Positions 31,507-40,385 of a stretch of DNA of 64,000 nucleotides are shown here, piece by piece. The stretch covers positions 1-64,000 of the IMG/VR virus record IMGVR_UViG_3300033067_002106; one strand, 5' to 3'. The notes beneath the pieces were generated by a model, which was not told the DNA's origin, made no database searches, and was given only the letters and a program-made list of their open reading frames with translations. Source of the stretch: a virus (Duplodnaviria; Caudoviricetes). Position 1 is the stretch's first letter, and each line of letters begins with the position of its first letter. The position numbers were made by a program, and so were the translations under genes.

Positions 31507-32550
31507 ATGAGTAAAAGAGATTTCTATGATGTTCTCGGTGTAGCCAAAACCGCAACTCAAGCTGAAATAAAAAAAGCTTACAGGTCATTGGTTAAAACAC
31601 ATCATCCAGATAAGGGAGGTGATGAAACCGCTTTTAAAGAAATAGCCGAAGCATATGAGGTGTTGTCTGATGAAAAAAAACGCAAAGATTATGATACCTT
31701 TGGTCATACCAAACCTTCTCAATTTGGCGGTGGATATGACCCGATGGATGATTTTTTACGAAAAGCGGGTTTTGATACATTTAGAACAGCAAAGCAGCCA
31801 GAAATTAAAAAGGGACCAAACCTTCATATGACGGTTAAACTTACCCTTGAAGAAATATTCAATGGAACAACTAAAAAAATCAAATACAGAAGGAATGTTA
31901 TGTGCGCAACGTGTTTAGGTAAGGGTGGAACCGGTGTCAAAGATTGTGGCACATGTTCAGGCCATGGATTTGTCACACAAGTAAGACAAACAAATTTTGG
32001 ACAGTTCAGACATACAATTAATTGTCCTACTTGTAACGGTGAAGGTTCATCATATGAAACAGAGTGTAATACATGTAAGGGCCATGGTGTTAATCTGGAA
32101 GAAGACATCAATGAAATTAGCATTCCACATGGTGTTCTTGATAATATGACAATGTTTTTAGAAGGAAAGGGCCATGCGATTAAAAACGGTATCTCTGGGG
32201 ATATGCTTATTACAATAATGGAGCTTCCACATGATTTATATGTAAGAAACGGTAATGACCTTCGATTTAATCTTAAGCTGACATACCCTCAATTAATTCT
32301 TGGTGATAAAGTCGAGATACCAACAATTGAAGGAACAAAAATAAGAGTAAATATTGCTGAATATACAAAGGTTGGGGAGACATTAAGAGTTTTGGGAAAG
32401 GGAATGAAGGTAATGGAAACAGAAAGTAGGGGTGACTTGTTATTGGTTACAGATTTAAAGGTCCCTGAGAAATTAACAGCCAATGAATTGAACCTTATCA
32501 AAGAATTAAAAAAACTTGAGACCAAAGTTGCAACTCAAGAAAGTAATTAG
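31507..32550 (+). CDS. dnaJ: DnaJ chaperone
   Basis: J domain with HPD, four CxxCxGxG repeats, C-terminal domain. Confidence 0.95.
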   Translation: MSKRDFYDVLGVAKTATQAEIKKAYRSLVKTHHPDKGGDETAFKEIAEAYEVLSDEKKRKDYDTFGHTKPSQFGGGYDPMDDFLRKAGFDTFRTAKQPEIKKGPNLHMTVKLTLEEIFNGTTKKIKYRRNVMCATCLGKGGTGVKDCGTCSGHGFVTQVRQTNFGQFRHTINCPTCNGEGSSYETECNTCKGHGVNLEEDINEISIPHGVLDNMTMFLEGKGHAIKNGISGDMLITIMELPHDLYVRNGNDLRFNLKLTYPQLILGDKVEIPTIEGTKIRVNIAEYTKVGETLRVLGKGMKVMETESRGDLLLVTDLKVPEKLTANELNLIKELKKLETKVATQESN

Positions 32551-32578
32551 TATATTTGCAGTATAAAAATCCGTAACC

Positions 32579-33004
32579 ATGGCAAAATTCGAAGAAGTTT
32601 TTGAGGACACACAGGCCTTATTCACAAATTTTATCTCAGACATAGACAATTTAAGAGAGGTAAATATTAAAATCCTTGCAAGTAAAAATCTTAAAGAAAT
32701 AGGCAAGGTGGTCAAAGCAAATGATTTGCTTAAATTTATGACCAAAGAAGATATCATCATCCTTTTAAATGAAACAATTTTTGAACAACTTGATGATGAA
32801 CAAAAAATGATGGTTGTTGAAGAATTACTTGCTGCAATATACTTTGATGCTGAAAAAAGCAAGGTTAGTATCATTAAGCCAGACATCAATACATTCTCAT
32901 TATTGCTTCGCAAATATGGGTATGAAAAGTATGAAACCTTACACGAATCAGTTAAGGCACTTTTTGCACAAGCAGATGAAGAAGCAGCTGAAAACAATCT
33001 GTAA
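32579..33004 (+). CDS. Putative phage metallopeptidase-like protein
   Basis: 141-aa ORF; resemblance to phage metallopeptidase-domain proteins is by eye only. Confidence 0.45.
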   Translation: MAKFEEVFEDTQALFTNFISDIDNLREVNIKILASKNLKEIGKVVKANDLLKFMTKEDIIILLNETIFEQLDDEQKMMVVEELLAAIYFDAEKSKVSIIKPDINTFSLLLRKYGYEKYETLHESVKALFAQADEEAAENNL

Positions 33005-33255
33005 TGACACCAAGTGAAGTAGCAGAGTTTAATCCAGAAGCGTATATATGCGATGGATTTGATGAAGCTTTGATAGGAATTGCCGAACGAATAAATCTCG
33101 GCCCAGTTGCGGCATATTCCGTTGAAAAAATTATTGATATTCTTGTTTTGAGAGATGGAATGTCATACGATGATGCAAGAGAATATTTTGAGTTTAATAT
33201 TCTAGATGCTTGGGTTGGAGAAAACACACCAGTATTTATTACAATGACAACATAG
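33004..33255 (+). CDS. Conserved phage hypothetical protein
   Basis: DGFDEALIG...AYS...EYFEFNI pattern common in phages. Confidence 0.6.
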   Translation: MTPSEVAEFNPEAYICDGFDEALIGIAERINLGPVAAYSVEKIIDILVLRDGMSYDDAREYFEFNILDAWVGENTPVFITMTT

Positions 33256-33258
33256 TGT

Positions 33259-33471
33259 ATGTTAAGATTATTTAACTTCTTTAAGAAGAAGAAACAACCA
33301 AAAAATGAACCAATAATTCATGTTATTGGCGGAAAAGAATGTCCGATTTGCGGAGAATATGGACTTTTTAGTTATCACACAAAAGAAAAGGGCAAATATT
33401 ATTTTTGTGAAGACTGTTTTAGAGAAATATCCAACGCACAGTTTGAAAAATTAAAAAAAGAAAAGAAGTAA
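33259..33471 (+). CDS. Small Zn-ribbon protein
   Basis: CPICG...FCEDC. Confidence 0.6.
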   Translation: MLRLFNFFKKKKQPKNEPIIHVIGGKECPICGEYGLFSYHTKEKGKYYFCEDCFREISNAQFEKLKKEKK

Positions 33472-33472
33472 T

Positions 33473-34183
33473 ATGGACCAGTACAACGAATTTAAAGATT
33501 ATGCTGTAAAACACATGGGAATTTCATCATTAAATTTTCATTATTGGGAACAAACTCAAAACAGACTTTATGGACCAAGTTCATCATTAACACCATATAT
33601 TCTTGAAGAAAGAGAAATGCGTGTTACTCAAATGGATATCTTTTCAAGAATGATGATGGACCGTATCATTTGGTTGGCTGGCCCAGTTAATGATATGATG
33701 AGTACTGTTGTTCAAGCTCAGCTTATGTTCTTGGATAACTTAGAGGTTAAAGATATTACAATGCATGTTGATACACCGGGAGGTTCTGTTAAATCTGGTC
33801 TTTCAATGGTTGATGTAATGGATTATATTTCTTCAGATGTTATGACAATCAATACCGGTATGGCGGCTTCAATGGGTTCCATTCTTTTAGGTGCTGGTAC
33901 AAAGGGAAAACGTTATAGCCTTCGCTTTAGTAAAGTGATGTTACATCAGGTTAGCAGTGGTGCAGAAGGCAATATTCAAGATATCAGAATTACACTTCAA
34001 GAAAGTGAAAAATATAACGAAATTCTTTTCGGGTTGTTGGGGAAATACACCAACAAAGACCCAAAACAAGTTCTAGACGATGCCAAACGTGATATGTGGT
34101 TAACAGCTGAAGAAGCAGTTAATTACGGAATTATTGATGGTATTGTACATAATAAAGTAAAAGTAAAACCAAAAATTCTATGA
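33473..34183 (+). CDS. clpP: ATP-dependent Clp protease proteolytic subunit
   Basis: MDIFSRMMMDRII, TPGGSV, GMAASMGS (catalytic Ser), MLHQ (His), RDMW (Asp). Confidence 0.95.
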   Translation: MDQYNEFKDYAVKHMGISSLNFHYWEQTQNRLYGPSSSLTPYILEEREMRVTQMDIFSRMMMDRIIWLAGPVNDMMSTVVQAQLMFLDNLEVKDITMHVDTPGGSVKSGLSMVDVMDYISSDVMTINTGMAASMGSILLGAGTKGKRYSLRFSKVMLHQVSSGAEGNIQDIRITLQESEKYNEILFGLLGKYTNKDPKQVLDDAKRDMWLTAEEAVNYGIIDGIVHNKVKVKPKIL

Positions 34184-34494
34184 ATTATTCAGAAAATGTA
34201 GGAAGACCTGTCTATTTGGGTGAAGAAAAAGCACCAAGTGGATTAGGAGTACCTAGAAACGATGAGGCCAGATTAGCAGACCAAACGCCAATTGCGACAG
34301 CAGAGATTAATTTACGACCAGTTAATATTGAACCATTAAATTCTGGTTATGTGGTAAGGGTTGGGTGCCAAACAATAGCAGTTGAAACAACCGAAAAACT
34401 ATTGGTATATCTCGGTGAGTACCTTAAAGACCCAGTCAAATTTCAAGCAAAATGGTTTTCTATCACGGATAGAAATAAATTGAATTTTATGTAA
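34180..34494 (+). CDS. Hypothetical protein
   Basis: ATGA-type overlap with clpP. Confidence 0.6.
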   Translation: MNYSENVGRPVYLGEEKAPSGLGVPRNDEARLADQTPIATAEINLRPVNIEPLNSGYVVRVGCQTIAVETTEKLLVYLGEYLKDPVKFQAKWFSITDRNKLNFM

Positions 34495-34582
34495 TGTTTT
34501 TTATTAAAAATTGTATATTTATTCGAAATGTAGTATATTTGTGCTACATTTCGGATACTTATATTAATAGTTCTTTTTTTAT

Positions 34583-34936
34583 GGGGGATTTACGGTATTG
34601 ACTAGGTATAGTCGTAAATTGTAAGCATGTGGTGCTAAATGGATGCACCATAATCTGTCTATTAAAACACAAACGACAACGATTTTATCGTTTCAGAAAA
34701 TTTCCTTGATGAAGCTGTTTACAGCTTCGCTGGAGAGCTTGCTGTAGCCTAATATAGCGATGGTGGTAAACCACCAAAAACATCTTTTTAGAGTGAGGAT
34801 GTAAAAGAAACTCTGGGTTCATTTGGTTTCCAACATTAAAACCAAAATATTTAGAAGGATTAGAAAATCCTGTTCTAAACATGTAGAAAGCTTTTGAAGA
34901 ATACTTAACACAGCGGTTCGATTCCGCTATCCTCCA
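34583..34936 (+). ncRNA. ssrA: tmRNA
   Basis: 5' GGGGGAT...TTGAC and 3' GCGG-TTCGATT-CCGC-TATCCTCC-A with G3:U70; tag ORF 34669-34752 TNDNDFIVSENFLDEAVYSFAGELAVA*; CCA not encoded. Confidence 0.9.
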
Positions 34937-34983
34937 CGTTACTTTTTTGTACCTAGCACATATTTATATAGAAATGTATAGAT

Positions 34984-35598
34984 ATGCCTAGAAAACAAAA
35001 AACAATTCACTACCTTTATAAAACCACATGCTTGGTCACTGGTAGATATTATATCGGAATGCATAGTACATCTAACCTTGAAGATGGTTATTTAGGGAGT
35101 GGAAAAGTAATAAGACGTTCAATTCGGAAATATGGACCGGAAAACCATAAAAAAGAGATATTAGAGTTCTTTGAGAGTAGAGAGTTATTAATTGAGGCTG
35201 AGAAGATGGTAATAACACCGGAGATGGTAGTTGATAAAATGTGTATGAATTTGATACATGGAGGTATTGGTTGGATGTTATCCCATAACAAAGCCTTTAG
35301 CGAAAAACTTAAATTGGATGAAGAATTCAGATTAGATTTTTCAAATAAAATATCAAATGCTCGGAAACGAGAATTAAAATTTAATCTTCGCCCAAACTTT
35401 AATTGTGATTGGACGGGTAAGAAACATTTAGAATCAACAATTATAAAGATGCGTGAAAAAAAACTTGGTACTGGAGTAAAAGAAGCAAATTCAAAATATG
35501 GAACTTGTTGGATTACGAATGGTGTTGAAAATAAAAAAATCAACTTAGTCGACCTTGATAACTATTCTAATTCAGAATGGTTTAGAGGTAGAACATAA
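34984..35598 (+). CDS. GIY-YIG (Seg-like) homing endonuclease with NUMOD-like tail
   Basis: YLYKTT...YYIGMH...YLGSG; GKKHLEST. Confidence 0.8.
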   Translation: MPRKQKTIHYLYKTTCLVTGRYYIGMHSTSNLEDGYLGSGKVIRRSIRKYGPENHKKEILEFFESRELLIEAEKMVITPEMVVDKMCMNLIHGGIGWMLSHNKAFSEKLKLDEEFRLDFSNKISNARKRELKFNLRPNFNCDWTGKKHLESTIIKMREKKLGTGVKEANSKYGTCWITNGVENKKINLVDLDNYSNSEWFRGRT

Positions 35599-35733
35599 AC
35601 TCTCTTATCAAGATTCCAACCATTAACCACCTTAGGATTGGAACTAACGGCCCTCAGCAAATCGCTTTGTTGGGGGCTTAACTTTTTAAAAAAAAACGGA
35701 GCCGTGGCCCCGTTGATAATTTGTATAACTAAT

Positions 35734-35856
35734 TTACTTACTTGGTCTTACTGTTGGTATAGTAACAGTTGTTTGAGTTGTTTGAGTAGTGTTAGTATTG
35801 GTAGTGGTAGTAGCGGGTGTTGCCGCTGTTGTACCCTTTTTGCATCCGCACCCCAT
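35734..35856 (-). CDS. 40-aa MGCGCK-start Thr-rich peptide (not in ORF track)
   Basis: MGCGCKKGTTAATPATTTTNTNTTQTTQTTVTIPTVRPSK*, followed on the minus strand by a hairpin + T run (about 35685-35715). Confidence 0.6.
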   Translation of the reverse strand: MGCGCKKGTTAATPATTTTNTNTTQTTQTTVTIPTVRPSK

Positions 35857-35953
35857 AGGTTAAATTTTAATTTGATGTTATTATACTAATAAATATATCT
35901 GGAATCTTTATCTTTATCATAATTTTGATATATTGTAAGAAATTTACAATAAG

Positions 35954-36178
35954 ATGTTCAAAAGAAAATATTCAATAACAATTCTTGATGATAAATGGGA
36001 AAAATTAGTTCTTAATTATAATTTCACCCATATACCAAGACGTGATGAGTTGATATTTTTGGATTCAATCGGGAAATATTATAAGGTTTTAAACGTTATT
36101 CATTATCTCACCAAAAAACAAGGTATTTTCATCATTGTCAAGGAGTTCGAACATGAATTTCATCTAAACCCAAAATAA
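35954..36178 (+). CDS. Hypothetical protein
   Basis: 74-aa ORF. Confidence 0.6.
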   Translation: MFKRKYSITILDDKWEKLVLNYNFTHIPRRDELIFLDSIGKYYKVLNVIHYLTKKQGIFIIVKEFEHEFHLNPK

Positions 36179-36225
36179 TTTTGAAAAAAAAATCAAAAAA
36201 ACTTGACACGAGCCAATTCTTTTCG

Positions 36226-36233
36226 TATCTTTG
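36226..36233 (+). promoter_or_regulatory. Bacteroidota-type -7 promoter element TAnnTTTG (representative)
   Basis: Same motif upstream of genes at 13155, 28286, 31482, 34534, 37547, 38480, 41612, 46323, 47085, 56165, 59751, 62239. Confidence 0.75.
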
Positions 36234-36274
36234 CATATATTTACTAAAAAGCTCTTAATTTACTGATACCCAAA

Positions 36275-36441
36275 AAAGTGGTTACGGCAACGTAAACAAA
36301 AACAATAAATGCTAAAGTAGGTATACCATCCTACTTGCTAGCCTTTTGCTAGTAAACAAAAAATGGTACTGTTATGGTGGCAGTATAAAATCAGCCCTTG
36401 TATCTGTTAGTCAAGTAAAATAAAGGCAAACCATCACTTTG
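36275..36441 (+). ncRNA. Candidate structured RNA (closing stem + TACGGCAA)
   Basis: AAAGT-GGTT pairs with AACC-(ATC)-ACTTT; several internal hairpins. Confidence 0.4.
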
Positions 36442-36456
36442 GGGTAACTTTTTAAA

Positions 36457-36516
36457 GGAATCATTACAGCAAATAAAATATTCTTGACTCAAAATTAAGA
36501 CCAAAAAATGATTCCG
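36457..36516 (+). ncRNA. Candidate small RNA with anticodon-arm mimic
   Basis: GGAATCAT/ATGATTCC stem, TACAGCAA, inner TCTTGA-CTCAAAA-TTAAGA hairpin. Confidence 0.5.
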
Positions 36517-36521
36517 TATTT

Positions 36522-36587
36522 GCGTCCTTGGTGTAAGATAACACGGCTCCGCTGAGGAGTTAATCCAGTATCGAGTCTGGGGACGCA
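36522..36587 (+). tRNA. Short atypical tRNA-like gene (possibly CTG anticodon)
   Basis: GCGTCCT/GGGACGC acceptor and GTGT/ACAC D stem, but non-canonical anticodon and T loops. Confidence 0.35.
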
Positions 36588-36594
36588 CAAATAT

Positions 36595-36666
36595 TGCGAG
36601 GTAGAGCAGTAGTAGCTCGTGTGGCTCATAACCATAAGGTCGGGGGTGCAAATCCCTCCCTCGCAA
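36595..36666 (+). tRNA. tRNA-Met(CAT)
   Basis: Full cloverleaf; loop CTCATAA; T loop TGCAAAT; paired 1:72. Confidence 0.8.
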
Positions 36667-36721
36667 CATCATCAAAATAACGTCAGCGGAATTGGACTGC
36701 TGTTTATTATTGATAAAAAAT

Positions 36722-36805
36722 CGTGGGATGGTGTAACGGCAACATGCTAGGCTCATAACCTAGAGACATCAAATGCAAGTGTAGGTTCGAGTCCTACTCC
36801 CGCAA
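36722..36805 (+). tRNA. Initiator-like tRNA(CAT) with long variable region
   Basis: C1xA72 mismatch, CTAGG-CTCATAA-CCTAG arm, 17-nt variable region. Confidence 0.7.
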
Positions 36806-36851
36806 CAAAGCAAAGGCCCTTAGGGGCCGTTTGCATTTAAAAAAGAAATAT

Positions 36852-37532
36852 ATGAAAAAGAACATTACCCTAGAAATCAGAGATGCTGAAGGTGGCTCTG
36901 ATGCAAAACTTCTGGTCTGTGATATGAGAGACATCTATATCAGAGCAGCAAAGAATAACGACTTCAACTGAAGGGTTCTCGAAGAACGAGATGGGTTTGT
37001 CAATATCTGACTCTCAGGCCCAAATGTCGAAAAATTTTATCAAAACGAAATAGGTTCTCACAGGTGGCAAAGAGTTCCACCAACCGAAAAACGTGGTAGG
37101 GTTCATACCAGTACCATTACCGTTGCATTGCTTGAACTTACCAATTATCAAAATATTGAGGTACCACAAAATGAACTTAAGGTTGAAACAACCAGAGGTA
37201 CAGGTAATGGTGGACAACATAAAAATTCTACTGATTCGTGTGTTGTAATGACCCATATACCAACAGGTATAAAGGTTGTGAGAGATGGTAGAAGTCAACT
37301 TACAAATAGGGAAGATGCATATAAAGAGATAAATCGTAGAGTAAATGAATATTATCGTACTGGTCAAATGTGTGAAGAATCTGAAATTCGAAAAGAACAA
37401 ATCGGTGACGGTGCTAGAAGTGATAAACGAAGAACCTATCGTGTTAGGGATGGAATAGTCGTAGACCACATTACAAATAAAATTGCAACAATAAAAGAAA
37501 TTTTAAAGGGTAAGATTAATTTATTGTCATAA
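36852..37532 (+). CDS. RF1-like peptide chain release factor (lacks domain 1) with two in-frame TGA codons
   Basis: Continuous frame MKKNITLEIRDAEGG...FN*RV...NI*LSG...QRVPPTEKRGRVHTST...GGQH; TGA at 36969-36971 and 37008-37010. Confidence 0.85.
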
Positions 37533-37567
37533 TCAAAAATTTTTCGTATCTTTGTTTAAAATATTTT

Positions 37568-38074
37568 ATGCAAAATGAGATTCGTCTTCTTATAATCGGA
37601 CCAGCCAGACATGGTAAAGACACATTGGCGGAAACAATGCGTGATAATTTTGGACTTAACTTTAAATCATCATCACAAGCTTGTTCAGATATCTTTATTT
37701 TTAATGAATTAAAAGATAAGTATGGTTATACAACACCAGAAGAATGTTTTGAAGATAGATTGAATCATAGAGCTGAGTGGTATCAATTGATTTGTGGTTA
37801 TAACGTAGATGATAAAGCCAGATTAGCCAAAGAAATATTGAAAGATAACAACACATATGTTGGTATGAGAGATAAGGATGAAATCAAAGAATGTATGAAT
37901 CAGAAATTATTTGATTTGATTATCTGGGTAGATGCCGAAGGAAGACTTCCAAACGAATCCTCGGAGTCATTTAATATCACCAAGGACCTTGCCGATATTA
38001 TTATTGAAAATAATGGTACACCAGAAGAGTTTAATAAAAAAATTATCAGATTGGGTAAATTTTTAAAAAAATAA
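37568..38074 (+). CDS. P-loop nucleotide monophosphate kinase-like protein
   Basis: IIGPARHGKDT Walker A. Confidence 0.7.
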   Translation: MQNEIRLLIIGPARHGKDTLAETMRDNFGLNFKSSSQACSDIFIFNELKDKYGYTTPEECFEDRLNHRAEWYQLICGYNVDDKARLAKEILKDNNTYVGMRDKDEIKECMNQKLFDLIIWVDAEGRLPNESSESFNITKDLADIIIENNGTPEEFNKKIIRLGKFLKK

Positions 38075-38109
38075 TTGACTTTTTTAGAAAATCTTAGTAT
38101 ATTTGTTCC

Positions 38110-38454
38110 ATGGAAAAATCGGTAATTGAAATATTAAAAAGAACCAATATCGTTGAAAATGACGAAATTGAAATTCAAAATCTGAAGAACATTGTGGTCA
38201 ATTGGCCAACCGTTGAAATAAGGGACTCATTTGATGATGAAGAAATTGAAGAAGAGGAAGTTGACCTTGAAAACTGGGAAATTATATCGATTTCGGATGA
38301 AAAACTAACAATGTGTGCTGGGGGTGATTGGCAGGAACCAACAATCTTTAGCTTGGTTCCTTATGACGAAAACTATTTGATGGCCACTAATATTCGTGAT
38401 GGATATGAGGATGGAATGCATTATGATGACGTTTTGAAAATTTTAACAAATTAA
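38110..38454 (+). CDS. Hypothetical acidic protein
   Basis: 114-aa ORF with AGGDWQEP. Confidence 0.6.
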   Translation: MEKSVIEILKRTNIVENDEIEIQNLKNIVVNWPTVEIRDSFDDEEIEEEEVDLENWEIISISDEKLTMCAGGDWQEPTIFSLVPYDENYLMATNIRDGYEDGMHYDDVLKILTN

Positions 38455-38497
38455 ATTTGGTTGTTCCAAAAATTCGCCATATCTTTGTTCTCTAATT

Positions 38498-38568
38498 GGC
38501 TCGGTGGTGTAACGACAACATTTAGGACTCTAAATCCGAAAGATAAGGGTTTGAATCCCTTTCGAGTC
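38498..38568 (+). tRNA. Amber suppressor tRNA(CTA), Gln-like body
   Basis: Cloverleaf; loop CT-CTA-AA (anticodon 38530-38532); own TATCTTTG promoter at 38480; one mismatch in anticodon stem. Confidence 0.75.
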
Positions 38569-38582
38569 TCAAAACCTTGAAA

Positions 38583-38774
38583 ATGAATATAAAAGAAGCG
38601 AAAAGTAAACTTTGGGAAGAATTAAAGGTGAGTGATTTTGTTGTTGGAATATCCTGCGATGAGACAAAAATCGTGGTACATCTTTTAAACGGCAAATCAA
38701 AAAAATTGATACCCAAAGATTATGAGGGGCATAAGGTTACGACTAAAGTAACAGGTAGGATAACGCTTCAATAA
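38583..38774 (+). CDS. Hypothetical protein
   Basis: Short ORF. Confidence 0.55.
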   Translation: MNIKEAKSKLWEELKVSDFVVGISCDETKIVVHLLNGKSKKLIPKDYEGHKVTTKVTGRITLQ

Positions 38775-38824
38775 ATTGATTTTTTTTAAACTTGTAATAT
38801 ATTTATTATTATAAAACAACACAG

Positions 38825-38911
38825 ATGACACACTAGATTTCTAACAACGAAAAGTTACGTATTGTAACAAGAAGGGATATCCCCCTACAGTATGCGGCAG
38901 TACAAGCTGGC
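38825..38911 (+). pseudogene. 5' fragment of a PTH2 gene (MTH*ISNNEKLRIVTRRDIPLQYAAVQAG)
   Basis: Clearly homologous to the start of the intact copy at 39630, including TAG at codon 4. Confidence 0.8.
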
Positions 38912-38941
38912 CTTTTCGATTTCTCTCCATATTTATATTAT

Positions 38942-39625
38942 ATGAAAAGACCAAATGTTAGAAAAACAACCGAGAAGTTTATTCAAGAATGTCAAAAAAT
39001 TCACAAAAAATACGACTATTCATTAGTTGAGTACGTTACAAATAAAACTCCTGTCAAAATTATTTGTAACATACATGGTGTATTTAGCCAAATTCCATCC
39101 CATCATTTAAAAGGTTCTGGGTGTCCAAAGTGTGCCAATGACGTTAAATCAATAGAGTTCTTCATTGAGAAATCAAAATTGATTCATGGTAATTATTACG
39201 ATTATTCAAAAGTAGAATTTAAAAACACGAATAATAAAGTAATTATTGTCTGCCCCAAACACGGTGATTTTAGTCAACAACCAAAACATCATTATAATGG
39301 TGCTGGGTGCCCATATTGTAAGCAATCTAAAGGTGAAAGGGACATAATAAAATATCTTAAGGAAAACAATATAAAATTTATTTCACAAAAGAGATTTAAT
39401 GATTGTAGAGATAAAAAACCATTACCGTTTGATTTTTATCTACCAGAATTAAATATTTGTATTGAATTTGATGGTGAACAACATTTTAAAAGTAAATCAG
39501 TTTTTGGTGGTGACAAAGAATTTGAGAATAGGGTCAGACGTGATGTAATAAAAACCAATTATTGTGATAAAACTGGAATTAAATTAATAAGAATTAAAAA
39601 TAACGAAACAATTAATCTAAAATAA
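38942..39625 (+). CDS. Putative homing endonuclease (DUF723-like Zn repeats + Vsr/DUF559-like nuclease)
   Basis: Two YDYS...IICxxHG...HxxGxGCPxC repeats; FDFYLP...IEFDGEQH. Confidence 0.8.
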   Translation: MKRPNVRKTTEKFIQECQKIHKKYDYSLVEYVTNKTPVKIICNIHGVFSQIPSHHLKGSGCPKCANDVKSIEFFIEKSKLIHGNYYDYSKVEFKNTNNKVIIVCPKHGDFSQQPKHHYNGAGCPYCKQSKGERDIIKYLKENNIKFISQKRFNDCRDKKPLPFDFYLPELNICIEFDGEQHFKSKSVFGGDKEFENRVRRDVIKTNYCDKTGIKLIRIKNNETINLK

Positions 39626-39629
39626 AACT

Positions 39630-39986
39630 ATGACACATTAGGTATCAACAACAGAAAAACTAAGGGTGGTTACCAGACGTGACCTATCATTTGGTGCGCA
39701 ATCAATTCAATGCGGTCATGCCGCCATCGATTTTCAACACCAGCATCCAGAATTAGCCAAACTTTGGCACTCCCATTCAAATTATTTAGCGTATTTAACC
39801 GTCAAGGACGAACAAGAGCTTATTGACTTAATCGTCAAAGCAACCTTGCGTGGTATCAAATACACAATCTTCAGGGAGCCTGATATCAATAATCAAATTA
39901 CAGCGGTGGCCTTTGAGCCAACAAGTGCTAGTCGTAAGTTAACTAGTTCATTACCACTTCTGGGAAAGGAGGTAAGCTATGCTTAA
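39630..39986 (+). CDS. pth2: Peptidyl-tRNA hydrolase 2 family protein with in-frame TAG at codon 4
   Basis: ATG ACA CAT TAG GTA...KLRVVTRRDL...IQCGHAA...FREPDINNQITAVA. Confidence 0.8.
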
Positions 39987-40239
39987 CATCAACGAAAGAA
40001 CTGAGATAATCTTCCATTTCAATAAGAAGTATTTGGAAGATAATACCATCCCCATGTGGATTATCAAAGCCAAGGGTGAGACATACTATGTTCACCACGT
40101 GGATATGGAAAGCGGTGTTGGATTTTCAACCAAAGAAACACCAGATAATCCCCATACCAAGGGTTCAATCAAATTTAAGGGTAAATTAAGTATTCATCCA
40201 AATGAACATGGAGAATTGATAGCAACAATTTCACCTTAA
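39979..40239 (+). CDS. Hypothetical protein
   Basis: 86-aa ORF overlapping PTH2 end. Confidence 0.65.
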   Translation: MLNINERTEIIFHFNKKYLEDNTIPMWIIKAKGETYYVHHVDMESGVGFSTKETPDNPHTKGSIKFKGKLSIHPNEHGELIATISP

Positions 40240-40245
40240 TGAGAA

Positions 40246-40316
40246 GGTCAAGTGGCCGAGTGATAAGGCATGGTTCCGCAAGGACCAGTACGGTGGTTTG
40301 AATCCATCCTTGACCT
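40246..40316 (+). tRNA. tRNA-Cys(GCA), atypical C33
   Basis: GGTCAAG/CTTGACC acceptor, U73, loop CCGCAAG. Confidence 0.6.
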
Positions 40317-40321
40317 CACTA

Positions 40322-40348
40322 GATGCATTAGCTCAGCGGCAGAGCAAT
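40322..40348 (+). pseudogene. 5' half of an interrupted tRNA gene
   Basis: GATGCAT-TA-GCTC-AGCGGCA-GAGC-A then abrupt loss of tRNA structure. Confidence 0.65.
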
Positions 40349-40385
40349 AATTTGACGTTTTATCATTTTCATGATATTTATTAAT

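Noticed and set aside
35638-35889. Plus-strand 83-aa ORF in the track
   Set aside because: TTG start, implausible composition; shadows the minus-strand MGCGCK ORF.
36969-37010. prfB-type +1 frameshift in the release factor
   Set aside because: Homology continues in the same frame after both TGA codons; no CTT-TGA slippery site.
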